Shown one piece after another: positions 42,566 to 53,000 of a stretch of DNA of 64,000 bases. The stretch comes from an uncultured Prevotellaceae bacterium (GTDB lineage Bacteria; Bacteroidota; Bacteroidia; Bacteroidales; Bacteroidaceae): NCBI GenBank assembly GCA_946402905.1, contig CAMIYC010000005.1, positions 46,042 through 110,041 of the forward strand, given 5' to 3'. Numbering within the stretch: the first letter of the stretch is position 1; each line of letters opens with the position of its first letter. The notes beneath the pieces are model-generated. The model did no database searches, was not told the origin of the DNA, and saw nothing but the letters and a program-made list of their open reading frames with translations. A program made the position numbers and the translations under genes.

Positions 42566-43450
42566 TTAGTCAATATACCTCTTAAGGATATCGCCGTAGG
42601 CCTCGATGCGGCGGTCGCGCAGGAAGGGCCACCAGCGTCGCACCTGCTCGCTGTGGTCGAGGTCGACGCCGACGACGGCCGATGCCTCGTCGGTGTCGCT
42701 TGCCCTGAAGAGCAGCTCGCCCTGCGGACCGGCCACGAAACTGCTGCCCCAGAACTGGATGCCACGGGTCTGACCCGACGGGTCGGGCTCATGCCCCACG
42801 CGGTTGACCGTCACCACGGGCAGGCCGTTGGCCACGGCATGGCCTCGCTGCACGGTGGTCCATGCCTCGCGCTGCCGCTGCTGCTCGTCGGCGCTGTCGC
42901 TGCTCTCATAACCGATGGCGGTGGGGTAGATGAGCAGGTCGGCACCCTGGAGGGCCATCAGCCTGGCAGCCTCGGGATACCATTGGTCCCAGCATACGAG
43001 CACGCCGAGACGCCCCACACTGGTGTCGATGGGGTGGAAGCCCAGGTCGCCGGGGGTGAAATAGAATTTCTCATAGTAAGCGGGGTCGTCGGGGATATGC
43101 ATCTTGCGGTAGCATCCGGCGATGCTTCCGTCGCGCTCCAGCACCACCGCCGTGTTGTGATAGAGCCCGGGGGCGCGCCGCTCGAAGAGCGACGTCACCA
43201 AGACCACTCCCAGCTGGCGGGCCAGCTGGCCGTAAAATGCTGTCGAGGGGCCGGGCACCGGCTCTGCCAGGTCGAAATGGTCTACGGTCTCCACTTGGCA
43301 GAAGTAGAGGGCATTGTGCAGTTCCTGTAAGACGATGAGCTGGGCACCCTGACGTGCCAGACGGGTGATGCCTTCTGCCAGCCGGCGCTTGTTGTCGGCT
43401 ATGTCGCTGGTGTTGTGCTGCTGAAGCAATCCGATTTGAAGTTGGCGCAT
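42566..43450 (-). CDS. aguB: N-carbamoylputrescine amidase (nitrilase superfamily)
   Basis: The Glu-Lys-Cys triad context is present (LQELH.., YRKMHIPDDP, LVCWDQWYPE). Full-length similarity to AguB. Confidence 0.85.
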   Translation of the reverse strand: MRQLQIGLLQQHNTSDIADNKRRLAEGITRLARQGAQLIVLQELHNALYFCQVETVDHFDLAEPVPGPSTAFYGQLARQLGVVLVTSLFERRAPGLYHNTAVVLERDGSIAGCYRKMHIPDDPAYYEKFYFTPGDLGFHPIDTSVGRLGVLVCWDQWYPEAARLMALQGADLLIYPTAIGYESSDSADEQQRQREAWTTVQRGHAVANGLPVVTVNRVGHEPDPSGQTRGIQFWGSSFVAGPQGELLFRASDTDEASAVVGVDLDHSEQVRRWWPFLRDRRIEAYGDILKRYID

Positions 43451-43512
43451 ATTGTTTCTTTGAGGTAAGTCGTTGTTGAGACTGCGAAGATAGCGTTTTT
43501 TGTCCTTATCTC

Positions 43513-43520
43513 CAAATGTA
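43513..43520 (-). promoter_or_regulatory. -7 box TAcaTTTG upstream of aguB
   Basis: The reverse complement of caaatgta lies 63 bp upstream of the ATG at 43450, immediately beside the inverted-repeat element. Confidence 0.4.
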
Positions 43521-43526
43521 AATCCA

Positions 43527-43712
43527 TTTTAACCTGCATATTTCATACTCTTCCGTTGCGAAAAGGTCAAGAGCTTGTGCATCAGCGTGAGCACAGCGAC
43601 GACAACGCAGGATGTAGTCAATCCTACTTCCAAGGCGGAGGAGAGAGCATTGCGCTGAGGTGCAAGTTATTGGCATTTGCAGTAGAAAGAGTATGAAATA
43701 TGCAGGTTAAAA
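43527..43712. repeat. 186-bp element bounded by 26-bp perfect inverted repeats (ttttaacctgcatatttcatactctt)
   Basis: Left arm 43527-43552, right arm 43687-43712, verified base by base. 134 bp lie between the arms. Confidence 0.9.
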
Positions 43713-43818
43713 AGCCTTTCATTCTCTTTCTCAGTCCGTCAGGCACTCTCCTCCCCTCGTAGGGGAGGGATTAGGGTAGGGTGACAAATATCCGACATTC
43801 AATCCGTTAGCCATCTGC

Positions 43819-44859
43819 TTACATCTCGGCATACTGCATGGTGAGACAGTGGATGGAGCCGTGCTGCCGGATGATTGTGCGGGCATCGACGGTGATGACC
43901 TCACGGCCGGGGAAAGCCTCGGCGATGACGGCGGCAGCGCGGGCGTCGTTGTCGGGCTGTGCATACGTGGGCACGATGACGGCCCCGTTGATGACCAGGA
44001 AGTTGGCATAGGTGGCGGGCAGACGGTCGCCGTCGTCGTAGATGGCGGCGGGCATGGGCAGGCGCAGAAGCCGGTAGGGCTGTCCGTCGATGGTGCGCAG
44101 GCTCTGCAACTGGTGCTCCAGAGCCATGAAGTCCTCATACTGTGGGTCGGCAGTGTCGTCGCAACCCACGTAGACGAGCGTGTCGCCAGGTGCGCAGCGC
44201 ACGATGGTGTCGATATGTCCGTCGGTGTCGTCGCCGACGAGAGAGCCGTGGTCGAGCCACACCACGCGGCGGGCATGGAGCCGTGTGATGAGCTGCTCCG
44301 TGATCTCGTCTTGGTTCAGTGGCTGGTTGCGGTGGGGAGCCAGCAGGCACATGCTGGTGGTGAAGATGGTGCCGCTGCCGTCGCTCTCGATGGAGCCGCC
44401 CTCCAGCACGAAGTCGTCTTGGGAGACGAGCGGTGCGTGGAAGATGCCCTGCGAGGCGAGTGCGCGGTTGATGGCGTTGTCGTGAGAGGCCGGAAACTTC
44501 ATGCCCCAGCCGTTGAAGCGGAAGTCGAGCAGACGGGTCGCGGCAGGGTCGGCGTCGCGGCTGAGCAGGGTGATGGCACCGTGGTCGCGTGCCCAGGTGT
44601 CGTCGGTGGGGCACTGACACCACACGACGCGCTCCATGGCTCCGGCCGGAAGGCGCCGGGCGAGCAGGGTGCGCACCGTCTCGCGGTGGGGCGTGACGAT
44701 GATGAGCTGCTCGTGGCGAGTGATGGCTTCGGCCAGTGAGAGGAATGTCTCGGTGATGTCGTCGAGGTAGGGGAGCCAGTCGGTGGCTTCATGGGGCCAG
44801 GTGAGTTGTACGGCCCACTGGCGGTGCCATTCCGCCGGCATGTATAAAGTTGTGTCCAT
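43819..44859 (-). CDS. aguA: Agmatine deiminase
   Basis: MPAEW..WPH.., ..GGSIESDG.., C-terminal GSIHCLTMQ (catalytic Cys). I prefer the ATG at 44859 because the TTG at 44889 lies inside the predicted -7 box. Confidence 0.85.
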   Translation of the reverse strand: MDTTLYMPAEWHRQWAVQLTWPHEATDWLPYLDDITETFLSLAEAITRHEQLIIVTPHRETVRTLLARRLPAGAMERVVWCQCPTDDTWARDHGAITLLSRDADPAATRLLDFRFNGWGMKFPASHDNAINRALASQGIFHAPLVSQDDFVLEGGSIESDGSGTIFTTSMCLLAPHRNQPLNQDEITEQLITRLHARRVVWLDHGSLVGDDTDGHIDTIVRCAPGDTLVYVGCDDTADPQYEDFMALEHQLQSLRTIDGQPYRLLRLPMPAAIYDDGDRLPATYANFLVINGAVIVPTYAQPDNDARAAAVIAEAFPGREVITVDARTIIRQHGSIHCLTMQYAEM

Positions 44860-44886
44860 ATAGGGTGTGTTGTCTGGAATTTGATG

Positions 44887-44894
44887 CAAAATTA
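44887..44894 (-). promoter_or_regulatory. -7 box TAatTTTG for aguA
   Basis: The reverse complement of caaaatta lies about 30 bp upstream of the ATG at 44859. Confidence 0.45.
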
Positions 44895-45015
44895 GGAAAA
44901 AAAGTCAAGGAACGGCACTGTCAGCAGAGGAAAAAACAGCCAGATACTATTTTTTTTGTAGTCCCTAAGTATCAAATATTTGTAGATTTGTGATGTTTTT
45001 TTCGAAATAATTGAT

Positions 45016-45023
45016 TATCTTTG
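45016..45023 (+). promoter_or_regulatory. -7 box TAtcTTTG
   Basis: About 100 bp upstream of the GH5 ATG. Confidence 0.45.
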
Positions 45024-45124
45024 CCCAAAAGACACTTTTTGATTATGAAAAGCGAATAATCCGTTGCAAACAACCAATAGATAACAAAAAACAAACGAAT
45101 CATATATAATCGGACATAAGAAAA

Positions 45125-46813
45125 ATGAAGAAGAAATACTTAATCGCAGCATTGCTGGCGGTGATGGCGTGGAGTGCAGGCGCACAGACCATTGCCCCCG
45201 ACAGCGAAGGCATGGAGCAAACGGCCCAGGAATGGACCCGCGACGTGGTGATGGGATGGAACCTGGGCAACTCGCTCGAGTGCCCTAAGACGGAGACGGA
45301 GTGGGGCAATCCCAAGACCACCAAGGCGATGATACATGCCGTGGCGGAGGCGGGATTCAACGCCATACGCATCCCCGTGAGATGGATCAACCACGTGACC
45401 AGCCAGGCCGACATGACTGTCGACGCCACCTGGCTGGAGCGGGTGAAAGAGGTGGTGGACTGGTGTCTGGAAGAAGACATGTACGTGATCATCAACACCC
45501 ACCATGAGGAATGGCTCGACCGCAACCCCTACTACAGCAAGCAGGAGGAGAACAACCGCAAGCTCGCAGCCCTGTGGACCAGCATCGCCACCTACTTCCG
45601 TGACTACGGTGAGCGGCTCATCTTCGCCGGCACCAATGAGACGACGGTCAACTGGGCGGCCCCCACCACGGAGCAGCAAGCGGTGCAGAACAGCTACAAC
45701 CAGACCTTCGTCGACGCTGTGCGGGCCACCGGCGGAAAAAACTACTACCGCAACCTCGTGGTGCAGACCTTCGCCTGCAGCCCGTATCACGGACTCAACG
45801 GCTTCACCATCCCCGAGGACAAGGTGGAAGAGCGACTGAGCGTGGAATACCATTACTACGACCCCTATGAGTATTGCGGCAACTGCACCTATTATTACTG
45901 GGGCAATGCCTATAAGGACAAGGGAGCGATACCCAGCAGCACGGAGCAGACCATGGCCAACCTCTTCGCGCAGACACGCAACACATGGGGGAAGAAAGGC
46001 CTGGGCATCGTGATAGGGGAGTATGGCGTGGCCAACCACTACACCGAGAACGACAAGCAGACACAGATGGAGAACATGGAGTATTATCTCAAATGCCTGG
46101 TCTCCGAAGCACGGAAGAACGGCATCGCCGCCTTCGCATGGGACAACAATGCCTTCAACAACGGGCCGGAGAATTTTGGCATCTTCAAGAGATGGCAGAA
46201 CATGACGGTGGGCAACACCTACTTCCTCAAAGGCATCACCGAGGGGGCTGGCTCAGAATATAAGGAGCCGGAAGAACCCGTCGACGACCCCGACCTGGGC
46301 GAAGGAGGCGTGTTGGTTTGGGAGGGCGATGCCCTGCTCGACTGGGGCAACGGCCTGCAACTCACCATCCCCGCGTCGGTCTTCGAAGGAAAGGCCAGCG
46401 ACACACAACTGGTGGTGTATTACACCCAGGAATACACCGACTATGACGACCTGCAGCTCTTCTACGGCGACTGGAGCTCGATGTTGCCCTACCGGGTGGG
46501 GGAGGCTGAATTTACCGGCGACTTCATCCCCAGCAGCTATTACGGCACCGGCACCGGCTCGGCGCACATCACACCGATCACGTTCAGCGAGAGCGTCCTG
46601 AATGTCATCCGGCAGCGGGGCATTGTCGTCCAGGGACATGGCATCCGCCTCACCAAGGTGGCTCTGGCCTCGCCCTCCGGGGTGTGGGAGACCATGACCG
46701 GCACACAGGCCGCCGGACAGATATACACCCTCGACGGTCGTCGGGTGGCGAAGCCCATCCACCGCGGCATCTATATCCAGAACGGGAAGAAAAGGATCGT
46801 GAGGGGGTACTGA
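45125..46813 (+). CDS. GH5 endoglucanase/cellulase with a C-terminal T9SS sorting domain
   Basis: Signal peptide. GWNLGN.., RIPVRW, acid/base FAGTNE, nucleophile VIGEYG. Tail ..GQIYTLDGRRVAKPIHRGIYIQNGKKRIV. Confidence 0.8.
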   Translation: MKKKYLIAALLAVMAWSAGAQTIAPDSEGMEQTAQEWTRDVVMGWNLGNSLECPKTETEWGNPKTTKAMIHAVAEAGFNAIRIPVRWINHVTSQADMTVDATWLERVKEVVDWCLEEDMYVIINTHHEEWLDRNPYYSKQEENNRKLAALWTSIATYFRDYGERLIFAGTNETTVNWAAPTTEQQAVQNSYNQTFVDAVRATGGKNYYRNLVVQTFACSPYHGLNGFTIPEDKVEERLSVEYHYYDPYEYCGNCTYYYWGNAYKDKGAIPSSTEQTMANLFAQTRNTWGKKGLGIVIGEYGVANHYTENDKQTQMENMEYYLKCLVSEARKNGIAAFAWDNNAFNNGPENFGIFKRWQNMTVGNTYFLKGITEGAGSEYKEPEEPVDDPDLGEGGVLVWEGDALLDWGNGLQLTIPASVFEGKASDTQLVVYYTQEYTDYDDLQLFYGDWSSMLPYRVGEAEFTGDFIPSSYYGTGTGSAHITPITFSESVLNVIRQRGIVVQGHGIRLTKVALASPSGVWETMTGTQAAGQIYTLDGRRVAKPIHRGIYIQNGKKRIVRGY

Positions 46814-46960
46814 CGTGACCCTTGCCGTCGCGTCAACAGCGGCGGCGAGCATGCGACAAATTGCTGGATATGCAGGCGGTTTTGTCGTGAAATGGCGGAT
46901 TTGTCGCAACAAGTGAGAAAAGTAAGACGGAATGATGGCATGCAAACCGCTGCGAAAAGA

Positions 46961-46968
46961 TATCTTTG
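46961..46968 (+). promoter_or_regulatory. -7 box TAtcTTTG
   Basis: 66 bp upstream of the ATG at 47034. Confidence 0.45.
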
Positions 46969-47033
46969 CATACAAGCCCTGAAAGATGGGTCCATGCGCT
47001 ATTTGAAGGAATAAAAACAATCAATTTTTTAAT

Positions 47034-50000
47034 ATGTGTAGTGATTTCTTGACAAAACAAGGGCGACGGCCTCGGGCGAGGCTGCTGTCGGCCTTTTTGT
47101 TGGTCCTGGTCTCTATGGCTGTGCCGCAGCGGATGCTGGCCGATGAGAATGAAAACACGTCACTCTATATGGTGTCGGTGGCTGGACTGGACCAGTTGAA
47201 ATTTGAGATGCCCGTCTACGATGACGCCGGCTATGACGGCTGGATAGACGACGGCAACGTATATGTCACACCAGAGGGAGGTATCAAGCAGACGCTGCTG
47301 CACTACCATTCAAAGGGCAAGAGCGATCCAACGCCCACGGTGTGGTTCTACAAGAGTGTCGGCGGCACCATGACGCTCAGGCGCGACCGCAACTACTCCG
47401 ACATCGCGGTGACCACCAGCGAGCAAAGCGCAAAGATCCCTTTTCAGGAGGGAGCGACCAACAACGTGTGCAAGCTCTACCTCACCTGGACGGTGCCTGC
47501 CTCCATGCGAGGTAAGACGCTCACCATCTCATGGTCGGTCCACAAGACGGGTAACCAAACAGAGAGTTCAAAAAATGTGAATATCACACCTACCACCTGC
47601 TCGTTTCCTGCCATCCCCGGTCTTATACAACCTATGATGATGGATCCTATGCTGGGCTTCGATGCCGACCATGCGGGAGAGTCGATGCTCATCTACACCA
47701 TGGCTTCCAGCGACATCAAGAGCATCAAAGCCTATTATACGGAGGTGAACGGCAGCAACGAGACACGGCGCGTGAAATACTTAGACTCCGAGATGTCAGG
47801 CTCTCTCACACTCGACGCCACTAAGTGCTACAAGGATGTGTACATCCAGGCGAGATACGTGGACTCTGAGGACAAAGAGCGCGTCTCGGAGTCGGATCAC
47901 ATCCCGATGCCCACGCTGCACCAACCCCATGACCTCACGGCCGTCATGCAGGACGACGGCACGGTCAACCTCACCTGGAAATGCCGCAACATCGAGTGGC
48001 ACGACATCAATACCAACGACTCGTGGGACATCCAGCGCAACACCAGCGGAGCGCTCAATGCCGACTCGCAATGGATGACCATCGGACAGTTGACTTACGC
48101 CGACACCGATACCCTCTACGCCTTTGTAGACAACACGCTGGCATCCAACTACCAGGGAAGCACTGTCTATTACCGGGTGCGACGCGCCTCCACCTCGGCG
48201 TGGAACTGGCGTGAGGGTACCTATGCGCAGACACAGCTGCCCTACCTCTTGAGGCTGCCTGCCGTCAAGCAGGCCACCGTCACACGCGGCACATGGAATG
48301 ACCTGGGCCACCCCGTGGATTTCGCTTTCGAACTGGGCGGAGCCGAGTATGACCAGCAGGGACGGTTCGTCCTGCGCACGGTCGCCGACTGGGAGAAGCT
48401 GGCCCAGCTGGTGAACACTACCACCCCGCTCGACGTGGTCATGGCGGCCGACATCGACCTGGGCGACAGCAAGACCATGATAGGTGCCACCGCCCGTGCC
48501 TACACGGGCACTTTCGATGGCAACGGTCATACCCTGACGGTGCATTACGCCGACGATGCCCATCAGTATGTGGCGCCTTTCTACCATACTCTCGATGCCA
48601 CGTTCACCAATCTGCACGTGACCGGTACGATAGATGCCAAGATGAAATTCACCGGTGGACTCATCGGACATGCCGAGGGCAAGACCATCATCAGCAACTG
48701 CCGCTCCTCGGTAGTCCTGACCCATCAGATCACAGGCGACGCCTCCAGCGGCGGCTTCATCGCCCATCAGCCATCAGGGACTCCCCAGATTGAGGATTGT
48801 CTCTTTGACGGATCGCTAATCGGACCCAAAGCCCATAGCTTCGGCGGATTCATCGGATGGTCGGAGGCCGACCCCGTCATCAAAAACAGTCTCTTTGCTC
48901 CCTGCAAGGTCGACATCGACCCAGCGTTTACTTCATGCCGCAACTTTGCCCGCTCAAGGACTAAGCAGACGATAGAGAACTGCAGGTATCAGACTTCCAT
49001 AGAAGGCATGGAGACCGACGCCAGGGGGTATTACGTACTGCGCAATGCCGAGGACTGGGACAAATTCAGACAAAAAGTAGTTGATGCCAATGGTGATAGC
49101 GACGTGAACGCCATCCTGGCCAATGACTTCGTAGCCATATACTCCATCGGATTCCGGAACGGCACACCCTACCGCGGCACCTTCGACGGCAACGGCCATA
49201 CGCTGACCATGAACATCAACAGCCCCGGGGTTGAATTTATAGCCCCCTTCTCACGAGTCAAAAATGCCACTATCAAGAATGTCACCATCAGAGGCACCAT
49301 CAAGGGTGGCATGCACTCGGGCGGACTGGTGGCAACGGCCCAGGACGGCTCGACCAATTACATCGAGAACTGTCACGTCGCTGCCGACATCATCACCTCC
49401 GGGCATTTTGCAGGAGGCATCATGGGCCATGCAAGTTCGGCCAAGAACTATATCCGCAACTGTCTCTTCGACGGCACCATCACGGACAATGACTTTGTCA
49501 CCCGCTCTTTCGCCGGGGGCATTCTGGGATGGGGAAACACTGAAAATAATGTGATTGAGAACTGTCTGGAGGATGGCACCTACATCAACTTCAACCATGT
49601 GGGGATGAACTTTGCCTATCATCAAGGCTACACCGACAGTGGAAAACCATTTGGCGGAACCAACTGCTGGACGACCAAGAACTGGGACGTGGCCAATCAA
49701 GTGGGAACACTCACCAGCGACGAACTGGCTAAGAAACTGGGCACTGCCAACTGGCAGCCTTTCGGCCTGATCGCCGTACCCCGACAGACCACGACAGAGC
49801 TGTATCAGGGCAGCAACGCCCAGAGCCTGAGCCCGTCGCAGCTCACGGAGGCGCTCGGTAACCATTGGGAGGACTGCGGAATGTATCCTACACCCCGGTT
49901 CACCACCTCGCTTAAAACAGAACATGCCGCCACCTTGTGGGATGAGCGCGCCGTGCTGGCTCTCGTGGTGGAGAAGTCGGTCAATGGTAAGGTGCGCTAC

Positions 50001-53000
50001 ACCGAGCGCCGTGAGCTTTCAGAAGACGAGCTCAAGGCGGGCAAGCTGCATTATGACCTCGTGACCTCCTGCGTGGAGCACGACTTCCGGCTGAAGGTGG
50101 AGCGGGGCAGGTCACAGCTGGAGCCTTTGGATACCCTGGCCATGGCGGTCAGGAAGACCGAGACGGGCGAGCAGGCCCGCTACGAGTTCAACAACAATGT
50201 GAAGGTGGACAGCCTCGTCTGCACCACGAAGCAATCGACGGTAGAGCTTACCTGGAAAGTGACGGGCGTAGGCGAATACTTCCGCATCCTGCGCCGTGAC
50301 AGGGAGACCGAAGTGGAGGAGACGCTCGAGAGCGCCTACACCCTCAACACCTATGTCGACAAGACTCCCAAGGCACAGCATATTTATGACTACACCGTGG
50401 AGGGCGTGACCAACTGCGAGGGACCGCAGGTGAGCAGGACAAGCGCGGCAGGCTGGTGCAAACCCACCGGCATGGTGCGCGGCTACGTGCGCCTGACCGA
50501 CGGCACAGGCCTGGGTCATGTGAAAGTGACCGCAGAGCCCGACGCCGCGACGAAGGAGCAGGGTGGACAGGCACGGTCGACCGTCACTGACGACATGGGA
50601 TTTTTCGTGATCGACAGCCTCATCTATCAGGGGCAGGGCACCTATATCGTCACCGCAGAGAACACTGGCGAAGAGGGAGGATACACGTCGTTCTATGCCA
50701 ACTTCAGCGAAGACTGCAACCTGGTGACCAACGCCCGCGTGGTGATGAACACCTACTACCTGCTGTCGGGCTACGTGATGTACGAGGGTACGTCGGTGCC
50801 CGTCATCGGCGCACAGTTTGAGCGCGACGGCGAGCTGGTGCACAACGGCTCCGGCAAGCCGGTCATCACCGACTCCCAGGGCAAGTTCTCCGTATCGCTG
50901 CCCGCCGGACCGCACAGTATTCGTGTGGTGAAAGACGGACACGTCTTCGCCGACGGCGGCTTCTATGTAGACCCAGACGCCGCCGACACGACACACCCCA
51001 GCTGGCAGAAGTCGGTGGCGGGCTATGTGTTCTGGGACCAGACCCGCGTGATGCTGCAAGGCCGCGTGGCCGGCGGCAACGAGCAGGGCGACAAGCCCCT
51101 GGGACAGCTCATGTCGCAGAACAACCTGGGCGACTCGCTGACCATCGTCATGCAGCTCGAGGGCGACAACGCCTCGTGGCTGGTGCGCGACCAGCTCAAC
51201 CCCGGTGTCAAGGAACTACACACAGACTACCTGTTCGGGGTCAACCAACTCGACAGCTGCCACATGGACACCTACCGCCAGCGGCTAGTCGTCAAGCCCA
51301 GCCCTGTGACAGGCGAATACTGTGTGCCCATGCTGCCGGTGAAATACAAGGTGACGGAGATCTATGCCGAGGGCTATGCCACCCTCTTCCAGACGGGCGA
51401 GGTGGGGCAGACGCTCGACCTCTCGGACTATGTACAGGGCGACACGGCCACTTACAGCCGCATCTACCACGCCGTACCGACGCTCTCCGTGAATCAGTTC
51501 AACCTCACGGGCCAGTCCTACCTCGGTATCCCGAGCTACACCGACATGGACAACACCGGCAAGCAGGTGACCATCGAACTGTGGAATGACTCCACCGACA
51601 CTTATTCCTTCGGCTATCCCGTGTTTATGGCGGGCAGCCCCATCATCATGACGATGGCCGCGGTGGAGAAATACTACTATAATAATAATGTCAAACTGGC
51701 AGAACCCGACATCGTGCACCTGAGCGGCGGCGAGGTGCGCATCAGCAATGCCCTCATAGGCACTGACGAGACAGAAACCCTCGAACTCGACAGCCTCGGC
51801 GAAGGAATATACCGCTTCACACCGCAAAACCTGACCTTCACCGAGGAGGGCGACCTGGCACTCAAGACGCTTACCATGACGCTGCTCTACGACGGCACCT
51901 ATTACGACGTGCTGCCCATCAACGGCGAGCCCCTGCGGGGATATGTGATGGCCTCCAAAGCCAAGAGCATGGGGCGCCGCGTGGTCAACGACGGCGGTAC
52001 CTATCTGATCGACATCCTGCGCGACCCGCCCGGAGCCGGCTCGTCGGCATTCCTTGAGACCGGCACCAAACTCAATTACACCTTCTCGCAGAATGTAAAG
52101 GCGCAAGCGGGTGTCAAATTCGCCATAGGCGGCAGTGAGGGCGAATCGAATATGTGGCATGGCCTGTTCTTCGGTACCGGGTACGGTGATGTTGTGGGTG
52201 GCACCGAGGTGAATGTCTCTAAAAAGGATTATGTCAATTTCTCTGTCGTCTTTACTTATTACAACAGTTGGCAGTATGGCTATTCCTTTGAGACCACGGA
52301 GCGAATCAGCACCTCCAGCAGCAGCATGACCGTGGGGCGCGATGCTGATGTGTTCATCGGCATGACGCAAAGCAGCATCCTGGAGGACGCCATCGCCGTG
52401 CGTGCCATCGACGAGGACACCTACAACATGCTCACCACTCATCAGGGCGGCACCTATACCACTGCCGATGGAGTGGACTTCAATGTGAAGCAGGGCACCA
52501 TGAAGGTGCTGGCACAAGGCGAGGACAGCAAAGGGCAGAAGGTATACCTGGTGCGCGACGAGGTGCTCAGGTTCTACACCGAACTGAAGAACACCTTCGT
52601 ACACTCGCAGACTTACATCGAGAAGGAACTCATACCTGAGTTGTTCAACCTGCGCAACGCGCTCATTCTGCCCATGGGCACCTCCGAGGCCGACGCCAAG
52701 GCTGTGGCCAAGACCAAGGGCTGCGCCGTCTACATCAGCAAGGTGGCGATAGACAATAAATTTTTCGGAGTATCAGCCGACTATTACACACAGGTCAATC
52801 CCGATGACAGCTACCATACCGACTCCATCGCCGCCATCAACGACAAAATCAACACATGGATTGGCTTCCTGGCCACCAATGAGAAGGAGAAGCTACGAGC
52901 CACCGACCTGGTGAAACGCTATGAGGTGGACGGACGCAGCAGTGTCTCCTACACAGAGACCTTCGGCACCTCGTCGACGGAGAGCCGCTACTTTCAGATC

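Noticed and set aside
43745-43770. Hairpin ctcccct-cgt-aggggag just downstream of the aguA stop, considered as a terminator
   Set aside because: The stem is short (7-9 bp) and no T-run follows on the minus strand. It cannot be distinguished from a chance palindrome.
46850-46915. Direct repeat gcggttttgtcgtg / gcggatttgtcgca upstream of the 3579-aa gene, considered as an operator
   Set aside because: Only two imperfect 14-mers are present, with no palindromic symmetry and no adjacent regulator gene. The support is insufficient.
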